The notes beneath the pieces were generated by a model. The model was given only the letters and a program-made list of their open reading frames with translations, did no database searches and was not told where the DNA came from. Source: Auanema rhodensis (lineage: Eukaryota; Animalia; Nematoda). From it: DNA of 64,000 bases. Below, one piece after another: positions 52,901 through 64,000 of this stretch. The stretch spans positions 24,366,001 through 24,430,000 of the forward strand of contig OZ059900.1 of assembly GCA_964057225.1 (NCBI GenBank), read 5' to 3'. The position numbers and the translations under genes were made by a program. Position 1 is the first letter of the stretch; each line of letters opens with the position of its first letter.

Positions 52901-55900
52901 ATTTCTCATGGGAAATACTGTGTTTTTGTATTTTTCTAGTGTTCAGCATGTAAAATGTTTCATTTTAGTATGTAACACGCTGAAATTCGTTGCATTTGAC
53001 GACTCATATGAACAAAAATCGATTTAATCAATATTAGCCATAAGGGGCGTGCCCTCAGAATATGCTAATTTCCTTAATTTTCTAACCCCTGTTTTTTTGT
53101 CGTGAAAGTGGAACTAGACGTTGTAGGAACAATTTTGAGCTAGGTTTCATTGACATTGCATGAGTTTGAACACATGAAATCGTAAGTCAAAACCTTGTTT
53201 ACAGCGAAATTTCCAAAAACTGGTTTTCCAGCATAATAAAATATTTCTCATGGGAAATACTGTGTTTTTGTATTTTTCTAGTGTTCAGCATGTAAAATGC
53301 TTCATTTTAGTATGTAACACGCTGAAATTCGTTGCATTTGACGACTCATATGAACAAAAATCGATTTAATCAATATTAGCCATAAGGGGCGTGCCCTCAG
53401 AATATGCTAATTTCCTTAATTTTCTAACCCCTGTTTTTTTGTCGTGAAAGTGGAATTAGACGTTGTAGGAACAATTTTGAGCTAGGTTTCATTGACATTG
53501 CATGAGTTTGAACGCATGAAATCGTAAGTCAAAACCTTGTTTACAGCGAAATTTCCAAAAACTGGTTTTCCAGCATAATAAAATATTTCTCATGGGAAAT
53601 ACTGTGTTTTTGTATTTTTATAGTGTTCAGCATGTAAAATGCTTCATTTTAGTATGTAACACGCTGAAATTCGTTGCATTTGACGACTCATATGAACAAA
53701 AATCGATTTAATCAATATTAGCCATAAGGGGCGTGCCCTCAGAATATGCTAATTTCCTTAATTTTCTAACCCCGGTTTTTTTGTCGTGAAAGTGGAATTA
53801 GACGTTGTAGGAACAATTTTGAGCTAGGTTTCATTGACATTGCATGAGTTTGAACACATGAAATCGTAAGTCAAAACCTTGTTTACAGCGAAATTTCCAA
53901 AAACTGGTTTTCCAGCATAATAAAATATTTCTCATGGGAAATACTGTGTTTTTGTATTTTTCTAGTGTTCAGCATGTAAAATGCTTCATTTTAGTATGTA
54001 ACACGCTGAAATTCGTTGCATTTGACTACTCATATGAACAAAAATCGATTTAATCAATATTAGCCATAAGGGGCGTGCCCTCAGAATATGCTAATTTCCT
54101 TAATTTTCTAACCCCTGTTTTTTTGTCGTGAAAGTGGAACTAGACGTTGTAGGAACAATTTTGAGCTAGGTTTCATTGACATTGCATGAGTTTGAACACA
54201 TGAAATCGTAAGTCAAAACCTTGTTTACAGCGAAATTTCCAAAAACTGGTTTTCCAGCATAATAAAATATTTCTCATGGGAAATACTGTGTTTTTGTATT
54301 TTTCTAGTGTTCAGCATGTAAAATGCTTCATTTTAGTATGTAACACGCTGAAATTCGTTGCATTTGACTACTCATATGAACAAAAATCGATTTAATCAAT
54401 ATTAGCCATAAGGGGCGTGCCCTCAGAATATGCTAATTTCCTTAATTTTCTAACCCCTGTTTTTTTGTCGTGAAAGTGGAACTAGACGTTGTACAAACAA
54501 TTTTGAGCTAGGTTTCATTGACATTGCATGACTTTGAACACATGAAATCGTAAGTCAAAACCTTGTTTACAGCGAAATTTCCAAAAACTGGTTTTCCAGC
54601 ATAATAAAATATTTCTCATGAGAAATACTGTGTTTTTGTTTTTTTCTAGTGTTCAGCATGTAAAATGCTTCATTTTAGTATGTAACACGCTGAAATTCGT
54701 TGCATTTGACGACTCATATGAACAAAAATCGATTTAATCAATATTAGCCATAAGGGGCGTGCCCTCAGAATATGCTAATTTCCTTAATTTTCTAACCCCG
54801 GTTTTTTTGTCGTGAAAGTGGAACTAGACGTTGTAGGAACAATTTTGAGCTAGGTTTCATTGACATTGCATGAGTTTGAACACATGAAATCGTAAGTCAA
54901 AACCTTGTTTACAGCGAAATTTCCAAAAACTGGTTTTCCAGCATAATAAAATATTTCTCATGGGAAATACTGTGTTTTTGTATTTTTCTAGTGTTCAGCA
55001 TGTAAAATGCTTCATTTTAGTATGTAACACGATGAAATTCGTTGCATTTGACTACTCATATGAACAAAAATCGATTTAATCAATATTAGCCATAAGGGGC
55101 GTGCCCTCAGAATATGCTAATTTCCTTAATTTTCTAACCCCTGTTTTTTTGTCGTGAAAGTGGAACTAGACGTTGTAGGAACAATTTTGAGCTAGGTTTC
55201 ATTGACATTGCATGAGTTTGAACACATGAAATCGTAAGTCAAAACCTTGTTTACAGCGAAATTTCCAAAAACTGGTTTTCCAGCATAATAAAATATTTCT
55301 CAAGGGAAATACTGTGTTTTTGTATTTTTCTAGTGTTCAGCATGTGAAATGCTTCATTTTAGTATGTAACACGCTGAAATTCGTTGCATTTGACTACTCA
55401 TATGAACAAAAATCGATTTAATCAATATTAGCCATAAGGGGCGTGCCCTCAGAATATGCTAATTTCCTTAATTTTCTAACCCCTGTTTTTTTGTCGTGAA
55501 AGTGGAACTAGACGTTGTAGGAACAATTTTGAGCTAGGTTTCATTGACATTGCATGAGTTTGAACACATGAAATCGTAAGTCAAAACCTTGTTTACAGCG
55601 AAATTTCCAAAAACTGGTTTTCCAGCATAATAAAATATTTCTCATGGGAAATACTGTGTTTTTGTATTTTTCTAGTGTTCAGCATGTGAAATGCTTCATT
55701 TTAGTATGTAACACGCTGAAATTCGTTGCATTTGACGACTCATATGAACAAAAATCGATTTAATCAATATTAGCCATAAGGGGCGTGCCCTCAGAATATG
55801 CTAATTTCCTTAATTTTCTAACCCCGGTTTTTTTGTCGTGAAAGTGGAATTAGACGTTGTAGGAACAATTTTGAGCTAGGTTTCATTGACATTGCATGAG

Positions 55901-56510
55901 TTTGAACACATGAAATCGTAAGTCAAAACCTTGTTTACAGCGAAATTTCCAAAAACTGGTTTTCCAGCATAATAAAATATTTCTCATGGGAAATACTGTG
56001 TTTTTGCATTTTTCTAGTGTTCAGCATGTAAAATGTTTCATTTAAGTATGTAACACGCTGAAATTCGTTGCATTTGACGACTCATATGAACAAAAATCGA
56101 TTTAATCAATATTAGCCATAAGGGGCGTGCCCTCAGAATATGCTAATTTCCTTAATTTTCTAACCCCTGTTTTTTTGTCGTGAAAGTGGAACTAGACGTT
56201 GTAGGAACAATTTTGAGCTAGGTTTCATTGACATTGCATGAGTTTGAACACATGAAATCGTAAGTCAAAACCTTGTTTACAGCGAAATTTCCAAAAACTG
56301 GTTTTCCAGCATAATAAAATATTTCTCATGGGAAATACTGTGTTTTTGTATTTTTCTAGTGTTCAGCATGTAAAATGCTTCATTTTAGTATGTAACACGC
56401 TGAAATTCGTTGCATTTGACGACTCATATGAACAAAAATCGATTTAATCAATATTAGCCATAAGGGGCGTGCCCTCAGAATATGCTAATTTCCTTAATTT
56501 TCTAACCCCG
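46935..56510 (+). repeat. 9-mer-core higher-order repeat with internal expansions (observed periods of 10 and 12 monomers)
   Basis: The TACAA+ATGACTT+ATGAGA+CCCCGG monomer starts the same series at 46935, 50355 and 54459. The AACGCAT monomer occurs at 48987 and 53433. Confidence 0.8.
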
Positions 56511-57536
56511 GTTTTTTTGTCGTGAAAGTGGAATTAGACGTTGTAGGAACAATTTTGAGCTAGGTTTCATTGACATTGCATGAGTTTGAACACATGAAAT
56601 CGTAAGTCAAAACCTTGTTTACAGCGAAATTTCCAAAAACTGGTTTTCCAGCATAATAAAATATTTCTCATGGGAAATACTGTGTTTTTGTATTTTTCTA
56701 GTGTTCAGCATGTAAAATGCTTCATTTTAGTATGTAACACGCTGAAATTCGTTGCATTTGACGACTCATATGAACAAAAATCGATTTAATCAATATTAGC
56801 CATAAGGGGCGTGCCCTCAGAATATGCTAATTTCCTTAATTTTCTAACCCCGGTTTTTTTGTCGTGAAAGTGGAATTAGACGTTGTAGGAACAATTTTGA
56901 GCTAGGTTTCATTGACATTGCATGAGTTTGAACACATGAAATCGTAAGTCAAAACCTTGTTTACAGCGAAATTTCCAAAAACTGGTTTTCCAGCATAATA
57001 AAATATTTCTCATGGGAAATACTGTGTTTTTGTATTTTTCTAGTGTTCAGCATGTAAAATGCTTCATTTTAGTATGTAACACGCTGAAATTCGTTGCATT
57101 TGACGACTCATATGAACAAAAATCGATTTAATCAATATTAGCCATAAGGGGCGTGCCCTCAGAATATGCTAATTTCCTTAATTTTCTAACCCCTGTTTTT
57201 TTGTCGTGAAAGTGGAACTAGACGTTGTAGGAACAATTTTGAGCTAGGTTTCATTGACATTGCATGAGTTTGAACACATGAAATCGTAAGTCAAAACCTT
57301 GTTTACAGCGAAATTTCCAAAAACTGGTTTTCCAGCATAATAAAATATTTCTCATGAGAAATACTGTGTTTTTGTATTTTTCTAGTGTTCAGCATGTAAA
57401 ATGCTTCATTTTAGTATGTAACACGATGAAATTCGTTGCATTTGACGACTCATATGAACAAAAATCGATTTAATCAATATTAGCCATAAGGGGCGTGCCC
57501 TCAGAATATGCTAATTTCATTAATTTTCTAACCCCT

Positions 57537-60500
57537 GTTTTTTTGTCGTGAAAGTGGAACTAGACGTTGTAGGAACAATTTTGAGCTAGGTTTCATTGAC
57601 ATTGCATGAGTTTGAACACATGAAATCGTAAGTCAAAACCTTGTTTACAGCGAAATTTCCAAAAACTGGTTTTCCAGCATAATAAAATATTTCTCATGGG
57701 AAATACTGTGTTTTTGTATTTTTCTAGTGTTCAGCATGTAAAATGCTTCATTTTAGTATGTAACACGCTGAAATTCGTTGCATTTGACGACTCATATGAA
57801 CAAAAATCGATTTAATCAATATTAGCCATAAGGGGCGTGCCCTCAGAATATGCTAATTTCCTTAATTTTCTAACCCCTGTTTTTTTGTCGTGAAAGTGGA
57901 ACTAGACGTTGTAGGAACAATTTTGAGCTAGGTTTCATTGACATTGCATGAGTTTGAACACATGAAATCGTAAGTCAAAACCTTGTTTACAGCGAAATTT
58001 CCAAAAACTGGTTTTCCAGCATAATAAAATATTTCTCATGGGAAATACTGTGTTTTTGTATTTTTCTAGTGTTCAGCATGTGAAATGCTTCATTTTAGTA
58101 TGTAACACGCTGAAATTCGTTGCATTTGACGACTCATATGAACAAAAATCGATTTAATCAATATTAGCCATAAGGGGCGTGCCCTCAGAATATGCTAATT
58201 TCCTTAATTTTCTAACCCCGGTTTTTTTGTCGTGAAAGTGGAATTAGACGTTGTAGGAACAATTTTGAGCTAGGTTTCATTGACATTGCATGAGTTTGAA
58301 CACATGAAATCGTAAGTCAAAACCTTGTTTACAGCGAAATTTCCAAAAACTGGTTTTCCAGCATAATAAAATATTTCTCATGGGAAATACTGTGTTTTTG
58401 TATTTTTCTAGTGTTCAGCATGTAAAATGCTTCATTTTAGTATGTAACACGCTGAAATTCGTTGCATTTGACTACTCATATGAACAAAAATCGATTTAAT
58501 CAATATTAGCCATAAGGGGCGTGCCCTCAGAATATGCTAATTTCCTTAATTTTCTAACCCCTGTTTTTTTGTCGTGAAAGTGGAACTAGACGTTGTACAA
58601 ACAATTTTGAGCTAGGTTTCATTGACATTGCATGAGTTTGAACACATGAAATCGTAAGTCAAAACCTTGTTTACAGCGAAATTTCCAAAAACTGGTTTTC
58701 CAGCATAATAAAATATTTCTCATGAGAAATACTGTGTTTTTGTATTTTTCTAGTGTTCAGCATGTAAAATGCTTCATTTTAGTATGTAACACGCTGAAAT
58801 TCGTTGCATTTGACTACTCATATGAACAAAAATCGATTTAATCAATATTAGCCATAAGGGGCGTGCCCTCAGAATATGCTAATTTCCTTAATTTTCTAAC
58901 CCCTGTTTTTTTGTCGTGAAAGTGGAACTAGACGTTGTACAAACAATTTTGAGCTAGGTTTCATTGACATTGCATGAGTTTGAACACATGAAATCGTAAG
59001 TCAAAACCTTGTTTACAGCGAAATTTCCAAAAACTGGTTTTCCAGCATAATAAAATATTTCTCATGAGAAATACTGTGTTTTTGTATTTTTCTAGTGTTC
59101 AGCATGTAAAATGCTTCATTTTAGTATGTAACACGATGAAATTCGTTGCATTTGACGACTCATATGAACAAAAATCGATTTAATCAATATTAGCCATAAG
59201 GGGCGTGCCCTCAGAATATGCTAATTTCCTTAATTTTCTAACCCCTGTTTTTTTGTCGTGAAAGTGGAACTAGACGTTGTAGGAACAATTTTGAGCTAGG
59301 TTTCATTGACATTGCATGAGTTTGAACACATGAAATCGTAAGTCAAAACCTTGTTTACAGCGAAATTTCCAAAAACTGGTTTTCCAGCATAATAAAATAT
59401 TTCTCATGGGAAATACTGTGTTTTTGTATTTTTCTAGTGTTCAGCATGTGAAATGCTTCATTTTAGTATGTAACACGCTGAAATTCGTTGCATTTGACGA
59501 CTCATATGAACAAAAATCGATTTAATCAATATTAGCCATAAGGGGCGTGCCCTCAGAATATGCTAATTTCCTTAATTTTCTAACCCCTGTTTTTTTGTCG
59601 TGAAAGTGGAACTAGACGTTGTAGGAACAATTTTGAGCTAGGTTTCATTGACATTGCATGAGTTTGAACACATGAAATCGTAAGTCAAAACCTTGTTTAC
59701 AGCGAAATTTCCAAAAACTGGTTTTCCAGCATAATAAAATATTTCTCATGGGAAATACTGTGTTTTTGTATTTTTCTAGTGTTCAGCATGTAAAATGCTT
59801 CATTTTAGTATGTAACACGCTGAAATTCGTTGCATTTGACGACTCATATGAACAAAAATCGATTTAATCAATATTAGCCATAAGGGGCGTGCCCTCAGAA
59901 TATGCTAATTTCCTTAATTTTCTAACCCCTGTTTTTTTGTCGTGAAAGTGGAACTAGACGTTGTAGGAACAATTTTGAGCTAGGTTTCATTGACATTGCA
60001 TGAGTTTGAACACATGAAATCGTAAGTCAAAACCTTGTTTACAGCGAAATTTCCAAAAACTGGTTTTCCAGCATAATAAAATATTTCTCATGGGAAATAC
60101 TGTGTTTTTGTATTTTTCTAGTGTTCAGCATGTGAAATGCTTCATTTTAGTATGTAACACGCTGAAATTCGTTGCATTTGACGACTCATATGAACAAAAA
60201 TCGATTTAATCAATATTAGCCATAAGGGGCGTGCCCTCAGAATATGCTAATTTCCTTAATTTTCTAACCCCGGTTTTTTTGTCGTGAAAGTGGAATTAGA
60301 CGTTGTAGGAACAATTTTGAGCTAGGTTTCATTGACATTGCATGAGTTTGAACACATGAAATCGTAAGTCAAAACCTTGTTTACAGCGAAATTTCCAAAA
60401 ACTGGTTTTCCAGCATAATAAAATATTTCTCATGGGAAATACTGTGTTTTTGTATTTTTCTAGTGTTCAGCATGTAAAATGCTTCATTTTAGTATGTAAC

Positions 60501-61640
60501 ACGCTGAAATTCGTTGCATTTGACTACTCATATGAACAAAAATCGATTTAATCAATATTAGCCATAAGGGGCGTGCCCTCAGAATATGCTAATTTCCTTA
60601 ATTTTCTAACCCCTGTTTTTTTGTCGTGAAAGTGGAACTAGACGTTGTACAAACAATTTTGAGCTAGGTTTCATTGACATTGCATGAGTTTGAACACATG
60701 AAATCGTAAGTCAAAACCTTGTTTACAGCGAAATTTCCAAAAACTGGTTTTCCAGCATAATAAAATATTTCTCATGAGAAATACTGTGTTTTTGTATTTT
60801 TCTAGTGTTCAGCATGTAAAATGCTTCATTTTAGTATGTAACACGCTGAAATTCGTTGCATTTGACTACTCATATGAACAAAAATCGATTTAATCAATAT
60901 TAGCCATAAGGGGCGTGCCCTCAGAATATGCTAATTTCCTTAATTTTCTAACCCCTGTTTTTTTGTCGTGAAAGTGGAACTAGACGTTGTACAAACAATT
61001 TTGAGCTAGGTTTCATTGACATTGCATGAGTTTGAACACATGAAATCGTAAGTCAAAACCTTGTTTACAGCGAAATTTCCAAAAACTGGTTTTCCAGCAT
61101 AATAAAATATTTCTCATGAGAAATACTGTGTTTTTGTATTTTTCTAGTGTTCAGCATGTAAAATGCTTCATTTTAGTATGTAACACGATGAAATTCGTTG
61201 CATTTGACGACTCATATGAACAAAAATCGATTTAATCAATATTAGCCATAAGGGGCGTGCCCTCAGAATATGCTAATTTCCTTAATTTTCTAACCCCTGT
61301 TTTTTTGTCGTGAAAGTGGAACTAGACGTTGTAGGAACAATTTTGAGCTAGGTTTCATTGACATTGCATGAGTTTGAACACATGAAATCGTAAGTCAAAA
61401 CCTTGTTTACAGCGAAATTTCCAAAAACTGGTTTTCCAGCATAATAAAATATTTCTCATGGGAAATACTGTGTTTTTGTATTTTTCTAGTGTTCAGCATG
61501 TGAAATGCTTCATTTTAGTATGTAACACGCTGAAATTCGTTGCATTTGACGACTCATATGAACAAAAATCGATTTAATCAATATTAGCCATAAGGGGCGT
61601 GCCCTCAGAATATGCTAATTTCCTTAATTTTCTAACCCCG
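57537..61640 (+). repeat. Third 6-mer higher-order repeat (2052 bp), 2 copies
   Basis: The series consensus, GTGA+CCCCGG, AATT+GACTACT, TACAA+ATGAGA+GACTACT, TACAA+ATGAGA+ACGATG, GTGA starts at 57537 and 59589. Confidence 0.85.
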
Positions 61641-64000
61641 GTTTTTTTGTCGTGAAAGTGGAATTAGACGTTGTAGGAACAATTTTGAGCTAGGTTTCAT
61701 TGACATTGCATGAGTTTGAACACATGAAATCGTAAGTCAAAACCTTGTTTACAGCGAAATTTCCAAAAACTGGTTTTCCAGCATAATAAAATATTTCTCA
61801 TGGGAAATACTGTGTTTTTGTATTTTTCTAGTGTTCAGCATGTAAAATGTTTCATTTAAGTATGTAACACGCTGAAATTCGTTGCATTTGACGACTCATA
61901 TGAACAAAAATCGATTTAATCAATATTAGCCATAAGGGGCGTGCCCTCAGAATATGCTAATTTCCTTAATTTTCTAACCCCTGTTTTTTTGTCGTGAAAG
62001 TGGAACTAGACGTTGTAGGAACAATTTTGAGCTAGGTTTCATTGACATTGCATGAGTTTGAACACATGAAATCGTAAGTCAAAACCTTGTTTACAGCGAA
62101 ATTTCCAAAAACTGGTTTTCCAGCATAATAAAATATTTCTCATGGGAAATACTGTGTTTTTGTATTTTTCTAGTGTTCAGCATGTAAAATGCTTCATTTT
62201 AGTATGTAACACGCTGAAATTCGTTGCATTTGACGACTCATATGAACAAAAATCGATTTAATCAATATTAGCCATAAGGGGCGTGCCCTCAGAATATGCT
62301 AATTTCCTTAATTTTCTAACCCCTGTTTTTTTGTCGTGAAAGTGGAATTAGACGTTGTAGGAACAATTTTGAGCTAGGTTTCATTGACATTGCATGAGTT
62401 TGAACGCATGAAATCGTAAGTCAAAACCTTGTTTACAGCGAAATTTCCAAAAACTGGTTTTCCAGCATAATAAAATATTTCTCATGGGAAATACTGTGTT
62501 TTTGTATTTTTATAGTGTTCAGCATGTAAAATGCTTCATTTTAGTATGTAACACGCTGAAATTCGTTGCATTTGACGACTCATATGAACAAAAATCGATT
62601 TAATCAATATTAGCCATAAGGGGCGTGCCCTCAGAATATGCTAATTTCCTTAATTTTCTAACCCCGGTTTTTTTGTCGTGAAAGTGGAATTAGACGTTGT
62701 AGGAACAATTTTGAGCTAGGTTTCATTGACATTGCATGAGTTTGAACACATGAAATCGTAAGTCAAAACCTTGTTTACAGCGAAATTTCCAAAAACTGGT
62801 TTTCCAGCATAATAAAATATTTCTCATGGGAAATACTGTGTTTTTGTATTTTTCTAGTGTTCAGCATGTAAAATGCTTCATTTTAGTATGTAACACGCTG
62901 AAATTCGTTGCATTTGACTACTCATATGAACAAAAATCGATTTAATCAATATTAGCCATAAGGGGCGTGCCCTCAGAATATGCTAATTTCCTTAATTTTC
63001 TAACCCCTGTTTTTTTGTCGTGAAAGTGGAACTAGACGTTGTAGGAACAATTTTGAGCTAGGTTTCATTGACATTGCATGAGTTTGAACACATGAAATCG
63101 TAAGTCAAAACCTTGTTTACAGCGAAATTTCCAAAAACTGGTTTTCCAGCATAATAAAATATTTCTCATGAGAAATACTGTGTTTTTGTATTTTTCTAGT
63201 GTTCAGCATGTAAAATGCTTCATTTTAGTATGTAACACGATGAAATTCGTTGCATTTGACGACTCATATGAACAAAAATCGATTTAATCAATATTAGCCA
63301 TAAGGGGCGTGCCCTCAGAATATGCTAATTTCATTAATTTTCTAACCCCTGTTTTTTTGTCGTGAAAGTGGAACTAGACGTTGTAGGAACAATTTTGAGC
63401 TAGGTTTCATTGACATTGCATGAGTTTGAACACATGAAATCGTAAGTCAAAACCTTGTTTACAGCGAAATTTCCAAAAACTGGTTTTCCAGCATAATAAA
63501 ATATTTCTCATGGGAAATACTGTGTTTTTGTATTTTTCTAGTGTTCAGCATGTAAAATGCTTCATTTTAGTATGTAACACGCTGAAATTCGTTGCATTTG
63601 ACGACTCATATGAACAAAAATCGATTTAATCAATATTAGCCATAAGGGGCGTGCCCTCAGAATATGCTAATTTCCTTAATTTTCTAACCCCTGTTTTTTT
63701 GTCGTGAAAGTGGAACTAGACGTTGTAGGAACAATTTTGAGCTAGGTTTCATTGACATTGCATGAGTTTGAACACATGAAATCGTAAGTCAAAACCTTGT
63801 TTACAGCGAAATTTCCAAAAACTGGTTTTCCAGCATAATAAAATATTTCTCATGAGAAATACTGTGTTTTTGTATTTTTCTAGTGTTCAGCATGTAAAAT
63901 GCTTCATTTTAGTATGTAACACGATGAAATTCGTTGCATTTGACTACTCATATGAACAAAAATCGATTTAATCAATATTAGCCATAAGGGGCGTGCCCTC

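Larger units (their letters stand above)
1..64000 (+). repeat. Tandem satellite DNA array, 342-bp monomer, ~188 copies, head-to-tail, extends beyond both window edges
   Basis: The unit GTTTTTTTGTCGTGAAAGTGG...CTAACCCCT restarts at 1, 342, 684, 1024, 1365, 1707 ... 63351, 63693. Monomers differ only by scattered substitutions, T-tract length and rare indels. No unique sequence was seen. Confidence 0.99.

Noticed and set aside
1-64000. CRISPR array or other repeat-spacer system
   Set aside because: There are no unique spacers; the entire 342-bp unit repeats, and no cas genes are present.
1-64000. Transposon insertion, MITE array or inversion
   Set aside because: No foreign segment, target-site duplication, terminal inverted repeats bounding the unit, or strand switch was seen. 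A remote TE origin of the monomer cannot be excluded without a database search.

Overview
The whole 64 kb window is one uninterrupted head-to-tail tandem satellite array. It holds about 188 copies (187 complete plus one partial) of an AT-rich 342-bp monomer (~34% GC by hand count of monomer 1), all in the same orientation and differing from each other by only a few bases. I see no genes, RNA genes, transposon insertions, CRISPR spacers or strand inversions; the three short ORFs are by-products of single monomer variants. The array resembles eukaryotic (peri)centromeric or heterochromatic satellite DNA, but I cannot name the family or organism. The informative structure lies in the variants. 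(i) There are three successive haplotype domains (about 1-25 kb, 25-35 kb, 35-64 kb). (ii) There are many short-range higher-order repeats (2-, 3-, 4-, 5-, 6-, 9- and 10-mers) with chimeric junction monomers. (iii) A 61-bp deletion monomer is present four times. (iv) The monomer is dense in dyad symmetries, and many recurring variants perfect these quasi-palindromes. (v) There is a weak hint of an ancestral 2 x 171-bp structure. I found no new protein-coding system. Monomer typing was done by eye and should be confirmed by alignment.
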